Virus record (IMG/VR): IMGVR_UViG_3300035670_000258 | Span: 1 to 56,293 of that record | Length of the DNA: 56,293 nt | Source: a virus | Lineage: Duplodnaviria > Caudoviricetes | Reading direction: 5' to 3' (one strand) | In this document: piece after piece, positions 1 to 9,612 of the stretch | Layout of the letters: the number at the start of each line of letters is the position of its first letter | How positions within the stretch are numbered: the first letter of the stretch is position 1 | Notes under the pieces: model-generated | The model's input: only the letters and a program-made list of their open reading frames with translations | The model's database searches: none | Told to the model about the DNA's origin: nothing | Made by a program: the position numbers and the translations under genes

Positions 1-988
1 TAAGTAATGATTCGTAATCCATTGTAGCTTGAGCTTCAGGGGGTCCAATCAGACCACCGAATTTACCTCTGGTTCTACCTAAAGTTCTTTTAGCTTCAGC
101 GAAGAATAATTGGCGTATTAAGGTCTTAGTTGGAGCATTGAATTTGCTATAATCCAATTTTGCTAAAGGTACGTCATTAGGCATTATTATCACGTCAGGA
201 TTTTCTAATCTGCATTCTTCCAAGTTATCTGGCGTAGTTTCATAATAGTGATACCACACTTGACACCCAGTCATGTTGATACTGCTGCTGGTAGAACCAC
301 CGATACCACGACCAAAGGATAGTTTCGAACCTGGTGTTGACATCAAATGCAACAATCTCGTACCATCTGGACCTGCTGTAACTTTATACGTCAATTCACT
401 CCTTAATATTCTATTTTTAAGGTTGAAATCAGATGCTGTTAAGAGTATGTCGTAAGCAGGGGCGATATAATAACCACCTCGTCCAGCCGCATTGAAACCA
501 CCACCAGTTGATCCAAGTTGGGCATAACCACCACCGAAACCGTAATCGATACCTGCGTAATTGGCAAGCAGTGCCATATCGGTAGTAGGCGGTGTAATCC
601 ACAATACTTCATTAATTTCCCTATTTGCTGGTATTTGGTATACTTGTCTTCCAGACTCTAAGGTAATGTAGTCTTTTTTAAGCTCCCAAGGCCCTCTGGA
701 CTGTAATCCCACTTGTTTTGAATAGGCATACGTATATTGGGTAACAAAGTCCTGTGAGCGTACTGATAGCGCAAACGCCATGTCAATTGTATCGACATTT
801 GCACCCAATAATGATTGCCATTGATGTTCAATCAACCATTCAGAAACGTACATACTGTAATCCTCAATAGATATTTCTAACAAAGTGCATAAAGTTTCGT
901 CTAGGAGTTCTATTTCCCTTAAGGGAAACCCCATAATATGACGGAACTGTTGAAATAACTTTTGTTTTTCTTCTAAACTGGCTGGCAT
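1..988 (-). CDS. Neck/head-tail adaptor protein (T4 gp13-like), 3' end truncated by the window edge
   Basis: Not in the ORF track. Manual translation from the ATG at 988 gives MPASLEEKQKLFQQFRHIMGFPLREIELLDETL...KKDYITLESGRQVYQIP...AEAKRTLGRTRGKFGG..., open to position 1. The LGxPxxxIEL start and the final AKxxLGxxRGKF resemble gp13-type neck proteins. A TATTTA motif lies upstream. Confidence 0.7.
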   Translation of the reverse strand, partial: MPASLEEKQKLFQQFRHIMGFPLREIELLDETLCTLLEISIEDYSMYVSEWLIEHQWQSLLGANVDTIDMAFALSVRSQDFVTQYTYAYSKQVGLQSRGPWELKKDYITLESGRQVYQIPANREINEVLWITPPTTDMALLANYAGIDYGFGGGYAQLGSTGGGFNAAGRGGYYIAPAYDILLTASDFNLKNRILRSELTYKVTAGPDGTRLLHLMSTPGSKLSFGRGIGGSTSSSINMTGCQVWYHYYETTPDNLEECRLENPDVIIMPNDVPLAKLDYSKFNAPTKTLIRQLFFAEAKRTLGRTRGKFGGLIGPPEAQATMDYESLL

Positions 989-1027
989 ATCTATCTGTTT
1001 AATAGTAAATATGCCGAGATATCAAAT

Positions 1028-1297
1028 CTAAGATTCAGAAATCAATCTTTTAACAGTTTCAAAACCCTCTTCAATAGTAAAAAACGACCTTTCTGGTACC
1101 AATATCTTTTTACCTACTATAACAATAGGTACACTATCAGCATTACTTACCTCCATCAACTTGTTGAACTCTAATTTATTACTAGGTTCATCTATGTCGA
1201 TTTCCTTATAAGTTATACCTTCATTTGTCATAAGTTCTTTAAACTCGGAACAATAGCCACAACCTTTCATTGTGTAAATTCTAACTGCGTTACTCAT
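1028..1297 (-). CDS. Glutaredoxin / NrdH-like redoxin
   Basis: IYTMKGCGYC (CxxC) and SVPIVIVG (cis-Pro motif). The ATG at 1297 overlaps the helicase stop; the track start is 1309. Confidence 0.88.
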   Translation of the reverse strand: MSNAVRIYTMKGCGYCSEFKELMTNEGITYKEIDIDEPSNKLEFNKLMEVSNADSVPIVIVGKKILVPERSFFTIEEGFETVKRLISES

Positions 1298-3110
1298 CTG
1301 TACATTCAATAAATTCTGTTATAATTTCCTCTTCTTTATTTTTAACTCCCAATATCTTATCAATGACACTTTTCTTATATTTTAATGTATACCACATTCT
1401 GGTTGTAATTGTGTCTTGAAAAAGTTGATAATATACTGTCACGTTGTTTTTCTGCCCTATGCGGTAAGCGCGATCCTCCGCTTGTTCGTTATTCCCTGTC
1501 ACCCAATCAAATGAGTTGAATATTACCGTGTCAGCGGCAGTTAGTGTTATACCCACCCCAGCTGACATGATATTGCCAATAAAAACCTTAATATCGCTAT
1601 TGTTCTGAAAAACATCGACTGATTTCTGTTTATCTTTGTTGTTCATGGAGCCATGATGTGCCACACATCTTCTCCCAAAATGTTCTTGTAACGTCAATAG
1701 TTCTTCGGAGAAAGACGTGAATATTATGACTTTTCCACCATTCTCTATTATATCCTCCGCCATTTCAATGGTGTGTGGAACCGCTTTTAATGCTATGAAC
1801 TGTCTTAATAGGATTAGTTCAACCAAATCTCTGTCTGGTGTACCTTTTTTCTTTTCTTCAGCTCGTTTGATTATATATTCTTCCCATAAGCTCTCGTATT
1901 CAATATATTCGCTGGCGGATAGTTCGTGGTGTGTCGGTACGATTATCTTATCAGGCATATCAATTACCTCGTTTTTCATACGACGCATAAATACGTTCTT
2001 AATACGCACTGATAACTCATCCAAATTAGAACTACCATCCACCAACCATATTGTTTTGGTTTGACCAGATTTTAATTTACGCGTTATTTTTTTACCGTCA
2101 CAATAACGTTTAACATAAAACTGCCAATTATCCGCCAATGGGTGGTCAATAATCTTCAATAGGTTATATAAGTCTTTTGGCCTGTTGGCAACAGGTGTAC
2201 CTGTTAATAACCAAACATACTCCATTTTAAGTTTTTTAACCAAATCGGCAACGATTATACCTCGTATCGAATCATGGTTCTTAAGATAATGAGCCTCATC
2301 GACAATCATCAGATCGAATTGGCTGTCCACCATATCGGTTAAAACCACATCTGGTTTAACCCCTCTTTTAACCACCGTATGGAAGTTCTTTAGAATGTCA
2401 TAGTTTATTATGGTGAACTTGGCTGGATTCCATTTTCGACCTGATATTATTGACGTGCCATATTCTTGTAGCATATGTATCTCACGCTCCCAATTTATTT
2501 TGGTTGAGGACGGGCATATGATAAGTATTTTTTTCGCTCCACTCTCAAGAGCCGCTATAATAGACGTCACGCTTTTTCCCAGGCCCATGTCTAGTGCCAA
2601 TATACATTTTTTTCTACTTAATAGGAATTGAACACCTTCTTTTTGGTGTTGATAAGGGGTTCTACCTAAAATGTCTAAATCAATATATTTCTGAAAATCA
2701 ACATTAACATCAATCGGTTCAAAATATGGGTCATCAAGTACTTGCGTCTTAGGTAACCAATATAATTCATAAGACGGTTGTTTCTGCGTCAGTTTTCCGT
2801 ACACATGAAACGCTTTTTCATTCTCAGCCAATATGAAGCCGATATATATCCTTTCAGGTACGAATTTAAGGTTATACTTAGTTTGGAATTCCGTACCTAA
2901 ATAAGAACTTATTCCAACAACTCTATCAACCTTAAACGGTTCCTTATCATGGTTCTCCAATATATAGGCTTCTTGGTTGGGAGTTAGGGTCAATTTACCC
3001 TTATCGATGAATTTAGCCTTCAGTTCTGATAAATAAGGATTCTTCCCAGAATATGAACTGAGTTTATCTATCGCGCCAACGCCTTTAAGGTCAGATAAGT
3101 TAATTGCCAT
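1290..3110 (-). CDS. SNF2-family (SF2) helicase/annealing ATPase
   Basis: Motifs LDMGLGKS, IVDEAHYLK, LLTGTP, GVGITLTAA and QAEDRAYRIGQ. Start set at ATG 3110 because a promoter overlaps the track's TTG start at 3128. Confidence 0.93.
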   Translation of the reverse strand: MAINLSDLKGVGAIDKLSSYSGKNPYLSELKAKFIDKGKLTLTPNQEAYILENHDKEPFKVDRVVGISSYLGTEFQTKYNLKFVPERIYIGFILAENEKAFHVYGKLTQKQPSYELYWLPKTQVLDDPYFEPIDVNVDFQKYIDLDILGRTPYQHQKEGVQFLLSRKKCILALDMGLGKSVTSIIAALESGAKKILIICPSSTKINWEREIHMLQEYGTSIISGRKWNPAKFTIINYDILKNFHTVVKRGVKPDVVLTDMVDSQFDLMIVDEAHYLKNHDSIRGIIVADLVKKLKMEYVWLLTGTPVANRPKDLYNLLKIIDHPLADNWQFYVKRYCDGKKITRKLKSGQTKTIWLVDGSSNLDELSVRIKNVFMRRMKNEVIDMPDKIIVPTHHELSASEYIEYESLWEEYIIKRAEEKKKGTPDRDLVELILLRQFIALKAVPHTIEMAEDIIENGGKVIIFTSFSEELLTLQEHFGRRCVAHHGSMNNKDKQKSVDVFQNNSDIKVFIGNIMSAGVGITLTAADTVIFNSFDWVTGNNEQAEDRAYRIGQKNNVTVYYQLFQDTITTRMWYTLKYKKSVIDKILGVKNKEEEIITEFIECTDE

Positions 3111-3116
3111 ATAATA

Positions 3117-3145
3117 AATATATGTCAATAATACTAAATAGTCAA
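3117..3145 (-). promoter_or_regulatory. Sigma70-like promoter for the helicase
   Basis: Minus strand TTGACT-N17-TATATT, ending 6 nt before ATG 3110. Confidence 0.55.
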
Positions 3146-3166
3146 TAGAAACATAATAGACCTTGC

Positions 3167-3182
3167 GATATTTACTATAAAA
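3167..3182 (+). promoter_or_regulatory. Putative late promoter (TATTTA core)
   Basis: GATATTTACTATAAAA; the identical 16-mer occurs at 55156-55171. Both lie directly upstream of structural genes. Confidence 0.65.
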
Positions 3183-3191
3183 AGCAATATT

Positions 3192-3710
3192 ATGAGCAGA
3201 CCTAATATCGTACCAATCACAAGAACCAGCAAATTCTTTTCTGGTAGGGATTTTGACCTAGAAATAAGGATGTCAAGAGAGTTTGTTGAAGGTGATGGTC
3301 ATTTTAAAGTGGTTCTTTATCGCGTGGATAGAGATTTGACACCAAGCGACATATACAATGAGGCCAGAAAAGGTGAAGTTGTATATAAAACACCAGTTGA
3401 ACTTTCCGTCATGCCACTCATAGCGGAACCAGAGAATAAGACATTTAACGGAAATGGTAGTTTAAGGGATCTTCAGGACGGAACGCTTTCATTCAGCGTT
3501 TACAACGCTCATCTTCAAGAACTGGATGTCGAGATATCTTATGGTGATTATATCGGTTACCCTGTAACTGAGACCGAAGTAAGATTTTTCAGTGTGGTCA
3601 ATGACGGAATAAAGAATTATGACAACAAACACACTATTTACGGTTATAAGGGTGCATATAGAACCATAGTGTGTGCGCCTGTGGATTACAACGAATTTGA
3701 CTCCCAATAA
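3192..3710 (+). CDS. Neck/head-completion protein (T4 gp14-like)
   Basis: 172 aa with VVLYRVD..SDIYNEA..PVEL and HLQELDVEISYGDYI; positioned before the tail terminator and sheath. Confidence 0.6.
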   Translation: MSRPNIVPITRTSKFFSGRDFDLEIRMSREFVEGDGHFKVVLYRVDRDLTPSDIYNEARKGEVVYKTPVELSVMPLIAEPENKTFNGNGSLRDLQDGTLSFSVYNAHLQELDVEISYGDYIGYPVTETEVRFFSVVNDGIKNYDNKHTIYGYKGAYRTIVCAPVDYNEFDSQ

Positions 3711-3713
3711 TAG

Positions 3714-5186
3714 ATGGCTCTGCCCAAAGGCTTTCGTAACGATATTAAGCTGGTCAACCCAAAAGTTGGTCTTGAGCGCAGACAAGAGATGGTTGATTTC
3801 TTGTCAGAGAAAAATACGTTCCTACCTAAAGGGGTACATTATAAGGATATCGACACAACTTTTATAGATTTCATAAAACAAGACCTTAAGATTGAGGTCG
3901 ATGGTGAAGAAGTGCCTGTTATTTTCTTAACTATACAAAGATATTCTGAGTTCACGAAGACATGGAAATTCACAGATGAATATAAGAACATCAAACTACC
4001 GTTTATAACCATAGTCAGAAAACCTGACGTACAGGTCGGTACGAATTATGCTGGGTTGTATAACATACCAGGCAAACCACTATACACCTATTACAAAGTA
4101 CCAACGAACGATGGCGCCAGAACTGGCGTTGACCTATATAAAGTTCCACAACCGACATCCGTAGATATCACGTATGAGGTAAGATTATTTACCAATAAAA
4201 TGTCAGACCTGAATCTTTATAACGAGAAGATTCAAATCGCATTCAACGCCAGACAATATTACATATGGCCAAATGGTCACCCAATGCCCGTTACATTGGA
4301 AAGCGTTGGTGACGAGTCCAATATTGACGACTTTGAAAATCGTAGATTCTACGTGCAACCGTTTGAAATGCTATTGGCGGGTTATATTCTGGATGAGAAT
4401 GACTTTGAGGTCATACCAACAATAAATCGTGCTATGGTGATGTCCGAAATAAGTGCGGACCCCGCTAAGGCCAGAACCTCTGAGAAGAATGTCAATACCA
4501 GAGGTCCAATTGTCGCGGTTCAAGGTAACGTGAGAGTGGTGAATACGATAGGTAATTTTATATCTACCGTACCGTGTAACGAACAGTATGTTGTACAGAA
4601 TTCAACTATTTCAAATTCAGGTAATACTTATTCGGTATCGTTACCCGCCACAGTTAATTTATCATTACCTAACGTGACGCATTATGACGGATATGGTGAG
4701 CCAGTCATACTGCCAGCGATGGTCGGGTTCACCGCCAGAACGTGCGCCGATGCTAATTGGACGCTCGTGAATGACGGTGGTACTCAGCTGAATACTGGTT
4801 CTATACCTTCTGACGACTCTGATATAATCATAGCACCGAGTGCATCTCTGGTAGTAAATAGTGATATACTAGGTACCCCTATATATGCTGGCGTACCGTT
4901 CAATCTAACTGTAGAATTGGATGGTCAAGTCGCGTCATTTGGTTATGACGTGTCCACCAACACGATTCAGTTGACATCGGCCCCGTGCTTTTATTATGAT
5001 GTGTTATCAGATTGGGTCAGCGGTGCGACTGGTAGCAGCATAAGTTATATGGCTTATGCATTAGAAGGTACATTAACTAGTGAGAATTGGACTATTACAC
5101 GTATAACAATCACATTGGATGGTACTCAAATATCAGAAGAAGCTATTGGTCCGTGGGATGATAGATATATTTTAATATATACTTAA
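3714..5186 (+). CDS. Tail terminator/sheath stabiliser (gp15-like) with a long beta-rich C-terminal extension
   Basis: The N-terminal ~240 aa carry KLPFITIVR and PQPTSVDITYEVRLFT; located upstream of the sheath. Confidence 0.65.
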   Translation: MALPKGFRNDIKLVNPKVGLERRQEMVDFLSEKNTFLPKGVHYKDIDTTFIDFIKQDLKIEVDGEEVPVIFLTIQRYSEFTKTWKFTDEYKNIKLPFITIVRKPDVQVGTNYAGLYNIPGKPLYTYYKVPTNDGARTGVDLYKVPQPTSVDITYEVRLFTNKMSDLNLYNEKIQIAFNARQYYIWPNGHPMPVTLESVGDESNIDDFENRRFYVQPFEMLLAGYILDENDFEVIPTINRAMVMSEISADPAKARTSEKNVNTRGPIVAVQGNVRVVNTIGNFISTVPCNEQYVVQNSTISNSGNTYSVSLPATVNLSLPNVTHYDGYGEPVILPAMVGFTARTCADANWTLVNDGGTQLNTGSIPSDDSDIIIAPSASLVVNSDILGTPIYAGVPFNLTVELDGQVASFGYDVSTNTIQLTSAPCFYYDVLSDWVSGATGSSISYMAYALEGTLTSENWTITRITITLDGTQISEEAIGPWDDRYILIYT

Positions 5187-5209
5187 TATTTATAATTAAA
5201 TAATATAAA

Positions 5210-5413
5210 ATGGAAACATATACAATGACATATACATATGCTGAAATAGCTGATGGTAAATGGGGTCTAAACCTTCGCATTTATCAAAGTAGTGACGGTG
5301 CTGAAGTTGCTAAGAAGTTAGCAATCTATGATACTGAAACAGGGTTGTTGGTCTATGTCGATGGAATAAAACTTCAATTGGAGTCAAACCCTAATCAAAT
5401 ACCTACACTATAA
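5210..5413 (+). CDS. Small hypothetical protein (67 aa)
   Basis: A-rich leader, TATTTATA at 5187, TAATG coupling to the next gene. Confidence 0.7.
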   Translation: METYTMTYTYAEIADGKWGLNLRIYQSSDGAEVAKKLAIYDTETGLLVYVDGIKLQLESNPNQIPTL

Positions 5414-6561
5414 TGGCTTGGTACAGAGCAATATCAACAGGAGTAGCCTCAACACTTGCAAGATGGGAGGTTAGTACAAATAGCGGTTCAACTTGGACGG
5501 CTGCATCAGTTCTTCCTACCGTAGTAGATGAAGTTTACCCAAACGGTTTTACCGTCACTTTAGATTATGACATCGTTGCCGATAAACTCATCAACAGAAC
5601 CGCGTTAGGTGTAGCTGCTGGTGGCTCATTTCCTATCGGTGCAGCAAACACAATCACTGCCGACATTTACGGTGGAACTGTGTCTTGTGTGAGCTACAAT
5701 GGAACAGCATTCAAAACCATTGTGGGTGACTTATTCGGTTCAATAACCACTGCTCTTGCCGCTGCGGTTGACAATACGTCAACAGGAACAATTTACATTG
5801 TAGGTAATGCTACTGGAGGATCTACGAACGGTACACCTGCAATTTACAATAGAAGTACTGGTATCATTCAAGTGGTAGGTGATTGTATCGGTGGAGCAAG
5901 TTCTAATACACCTGGTCTGTGGAACGGAGTTAATGCTGGCGGTGGTGGTAATTGTATAGTTGCAAGGTCGATAGCATCTTCGTCACACGCAGGAGTATTA
6001 AGTCAGGGCGCAGTCATCACTGTTGTCACAGCTATATCACACGTTAGTGTGACAGCGTTAAGAAGCAATAGCAGTGCTTCTTTTTATTGGGTGACTAATG
6101 CAATCTGCACTGGTGGGCAAATGATATGCGATGTAATGAATAGGGTGTTAATTCAACCTAATGGGTATTTTCAATTCCCTGATACAGCATCGAATTTTAC
6201 CATCTATAATTCATTGACATCCCAAGGTCAAGCATCTGCATCTGATGTTCGTTCAGGTACTTCTTATGCCAACGGCACACTGACGGGTACCGCTGCAATA
6301 CCACCTGCTGCATCTGTAGCGTTGAATGTACCCGTGGATAACACTGTAGGTAGTTATGTGTTAACAGTTGATACTAATGCCATAGTAAGTGGTGTTACAA
6401 GCGGTTTAACAGTTAGTTTACCACCTGTATTATCACAGCCATTAGCTGAGGACTTATTGACAGAAATATCAACTTCTTCAAACCCTGTCGCCGAAAGACT
6501 TAGAAATGTATCCACCGTTCAAACTACTGGGTCACAGTTGACAGCATTAACAATTTCTTAA
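5413..6561 (+). CDS. Gly/Ala/Ser/Thr-rich putative virion appendage protein
   Basis: 382 aa with repeating IVGxxxGG units suggesting a beta-solenoid, and an SDVRSGTSYANGTLTGT motif; structural gene context. Confidence 0.55.
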   Translation: MAWYRAISTGVASTLARWEVSTNSGSTWTAASVLPTVVDEVYPNGFTVTLDYDIVADKLINRTALGVAAGGSFPIGAANTITADIYGGTVSCVSYNGTAFKTIVGDLFGSITTALAAAVDNTSTGTIYIVGNATGGSTNGTPAIYNRSTGIIQVVGDCIGGASSNTPGLWNGVNAGGGGNCIVARSIASSSHAGVLSQGAVITVVTAISHVSVTALRSNSSASFYWVTNAICTGGQMICDVMNRVLIQPNGYFQFPDTASNFTIYNSLTSQGQASASDVRSGTSYANGTLTGTAAIPPAASVALNVPVDNTVGSYVLTVDTNAIVSGVTSGLTVSLPPVLSQPLAEDLLTEISTSSNPVAERLRNVSTVQTTGSQLTALTIS

Positions 6562-6647
6562 GTTTTTTATTATTGAAAGGTTCTTTATGGCGGTTTCGCA
6601 TATTTATATAAAAAGCTAATAATATTAAAATAAAAACCGATATCTAA

Positions 6648-9560
6648 ATGCCAGCAAACAGTGTATTTGTAAGCCCAGGGGTGTTTACCTCAGAGACCGA
6701 CTTAACGTTCGTTACCCGACAGATTGGTGTAACCACATTAGGTTTAGCAGGTGAAACCGTTAAAGGTCCCGCTTTCCAACCCGTTTTTGTTACAAACTAT
6801 GACGAGTTCAAAGCGTTCTTTGGTGGTCAGAACCCCACTAAATTCAAAGCTACAGGTTATCCTCAATACGAATTACCGTATGTAGCCAAATCATACCTCA
6901 CCCAATCAAACCAATTGTTTGTTACTAGGGTATTAGGATTTTCAGGTTATGACGCAGGTCCAGCTTGGGGTATCACTTTGGATGCCGCATTGGACCCATC
7001 GACCGTTACAACTGCATCCACAACAAGCTATTCTGGTTTCAGTGGTAACTCGCTTATCACGTTCTTTGTAAGCTCTGCTGGTACTCTGACTTATCAAAGT
7101 GCCGACCCTGTTGTACAAGGTCTGATTAATGACGGTCTTCTGACAACCCAATTGTCATTCTTGGCTTCAGCCGATCCTGGCGATTCGGCAAATATTCCAG
7201 CTACCTACTTATTAACTCAAACCAATAACGTATTTTCTGGTGCATCATTTAATTTAGTTGTTACTAGTACCAATCCAACACCCATTCCGACTGGAGCTAC
7301 GGCTTATACTGGTTATACATCAGGTGTTACCATTAGTCTGACAGGTACTGGTTATACAGACGTTGAGAATAAAATTGTAGCATTACTACGTTCACGTGGT
7401 GAATACTTCGGAACACAACAAATTACATTTGAAGTGACTGGTAGCTCTAGCTCTAACGCTACATTTGTTGAATTCGCTTCAGCACCAACTACCGCTAACA
7501 ATGACCCATACGGTGATTTTGCTCTGTCTGGTAACGCATTCACTTTAGGTAACTTCAATTACAATTGTTCATTCGACCCTTCTAAACAGAATTACATTAC
7601 AAGAGTGTTGGGTAGGTCTGAGAAAGACGGTAGAACCGCTTTGTTCGTTGAAGAGATTTATCAGAATATGTTGGCCAACGATGTGACTGACGGTAAGGTC
7701 AGAGCGATAAACTTAGTTAGCTTAACCGATTATTCCAGCGTTGCAGGTAAACCTTTCGATGACTATCTGCAAGAGTTCTCTCCAGCTGTTACACCATATG
7801 TGGTGTCAGAACTCAGAGGTTCTAATCTTCTTAGACTGTTCAGACTTTGGACTATTTCTGATGGTAACAGTGCTAACGAAGACATTAAGATTTCAATCAC
7901 TAACATTAAACCTAGTGAGCGTGAATTCGATATCGAAATCCGTAGATTTAGCGATACTGACGCGAATAAATTCGTATTGGAGCGTTTCTCAAGACTTACT
8001 ATGGACCCTAGTGGAAATAACTATATCGCAAGACGTATAGGTACATTGGATGGTGAATACGCTTCTAATTCCACGTATGTTCTTGTTGAAATGGATGATA
8101 CATCTGACACCTCAACCGCTTTCCCAGCTGGTTTCGTAGGTTACCCACAAAGAGACTATAACCAAGTGTCTAATAACGTGGTATTCCCGAATATCACATA
8201 TAAGAAGACATACGGCCCGTTTGAAAATAAACGCAGAGCTTTCTTAGGTCTGTCTAATATAGTTGGAATCGACCAAGACTTCTTTGATTATAAAGGTGTC
8301 CCCGATGTTAGTGGCCTTGATATGTGGACTGGTCTTACAAAAGGTTTCCACATGGATGTCAACGTAACTGGCGCTACCATTGATGGTGTTGAAATAGTTA
8401 TTAACGCTTCAGGTGACACATATTCTCCAATATTCTTATTCGATACAGGTTGCTGCCCATTCCAAACAGAAGCTGGTATACAAGGTACGCCTTATGAAAA
8501 AATCTTCGCAAGAAAATTCACATTCGCACCTTATGGCGGTTTTGACGGATGGGATGTTTATAGAGATAGTAGAACCAATACCGACCCATACTTGATTAAT
8601 GGAACCGCTGGTCAAGCAGGTCTGGCTCCTTCAGTAGGGGGTTTATCAACATTCAAAAACCGAGTATTAAGCAATGGTGATGAAGGTATCAACTCAGATT
8701 ACTACGCTTACCTTGAGGCTATTTGGACGTTCAATAACCCTGAAGCTGTGAACATTAACGTGTTTGCCACGCCAGGCATTGATACCGATGCCAATACCAA
8801 CCTCGTAGAAGAGACAATCGAAATGGTTGAACAAGATAGAGCTGACTCTTGGTACATCGTAACCACACCTGACGTTAACGCCTCTGGTGAGATTCTGCCA
8901 GCAGATGAGATTGTTGATCGTTTGGATGGTCTTTATGATTCAAACTACACATCAACTTACTATCCTTGGATTCAAGTTAACGACACCGAAAACAATGTCT
9001 ATATTTGGTTACCACCTACTAGAGATGTTGTTAGGAACACCGCTCTTACCGATAATATCGCATTCCCATGGTTCGCAGTAGCTGGTATACAGAGAGGTAA
9101 CGTTGACGCAATCAAAGCACGTAAGAAACTTACCTTGGCTGAAAGAGATATCCTTTATGCTGGTAGAGTTAACCCAGTGACCACTTTCGCTTCAGAAGGT
9201 ATCAAAATCTGGGGTAATAAAACCATGCAAGTTAGAGAATCTGCACTCGATAGAGTTAACGTAAGACGTCTGCTGTTGCAAGCACGTAAACTTATCTCTG
9301 CGGTATCTATTAGGTTGCTGTTCGAACAGAATGATGATGTGGTTAGAAACCAGTTCTTAAGCTTGGTTAACCCAATACTCGATAACATCAGATCTGAAAG
9401 AGGTCTTACGGACTTCAGAGTGGTTCTGACCGATACACCTGAATCAATTGATAGAAATGAGCTTAATGGTAGAATATTTATTAAACCAACGCGCTCTCTC
9501 GAATTTATCAACATCGAATTCGTTGTAACACCGACTGGGGCTTCATTTGAGAATATCTAA
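6648..9560 (+). CDS. Contractile tail sheath protein (gp18-like)
   Basis: N-terminal FVSPGVFTSETD; C-terminal PWFAVAGIQRG, IWGNKT, RVNVRRLL, FEQND and IKPTRSLEFINIEF. Confidence 0.97.
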   Translation: MPANSVFVSPGVFTSETDLTFVTRQIGVTTLGLAGETVKGPAFQPVFVTNYDEFKAFFGGQNPTKFKATGYPQYELPYVAKSYLTQSNQLFVTRVLGFSGYDAGPAWGITLDAALDPSTVTTASTTSYSGFSGNSLITFFVSSAGTLTYQSADPVVQGLINDGLLTTQLSFLASADPGDSANIPATYLLTQTNNVFSGASFNLVVTSTNPTPIPTGATAYTGYTSGVTISLTGTGYTDVENKIVALLRSRGEYFGTQQITFEVTGSSSSNATFVEFASAPTTANNDPYGDFALSGNAFTLGNFNYNCSFDPSKQNYITRVLGRSEKDGRTALFVEEIYQNMLANDVTDGKVRAINLVSLTDYSSVAGKPFDDYLQEFSPAVTPYVVSELRGSNLLRLFRLWTISDGNSANEDIKISITNIKPSEREFDIEIRRFSDTDANKFVLERFSRLTMDPSGNNYIARRIGTLDGEYASNSTYVLVEMDDTSDTSTAFPAGFVGYPQRDYNQVSNNVVFPNITYKKTYGPFENKRRAFLGLSNIVGIDQDFFDYKGVPDVSGLDMWTGLTKGFHMDVNVTGATIDGVEIVINASGDTYSPIFLFDTGCCPFQTEAGIQGTPYEKIFARKFTFAPYGGFDGWDVYRDSRTNTDPYLINGTAGQAGLAPSVGGLSTFKNRVLSNGDEGINSDYYAYLEAIWTFNNPEAVNINVFATPGIDTDANTNLVEETIEMVEQDRADSWYIVTTPDVNASGEILPADEIVDRLDGLYDSNYTSTYYPWIQVNDTENNVYIWLPPTRDVVRNTALTDNIAFPWFAVAGIQRGNVDAIKARKKLTLAERDILYAGRVNPVTTFASEGIKIWGNKTMQVRESALDRVNVRRLLLQARKLISAVSIRLLFEQNDDVVRNQFLSLVNPILDNIRSERGLTDFRVVLTDTPESIDRNELNGRIFIKPTRSLEFINIEFVVTPTGASFENI

Positions 9561-9585
9561 AGAAACCCAAGTTCTTAAAAAGATT

Positions 9586-9612
9586 AAAGCCCAGATTATT
9601 CTGGGCTTTTTT
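9586..9612. terminator. Bidirectional intrinsic terminator between the sheath and the convergent endonuclease gene
   Basis: AAAGCCCAGA-TTAT-TCTGGGCTTTTTT. Confidence 0.8.
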
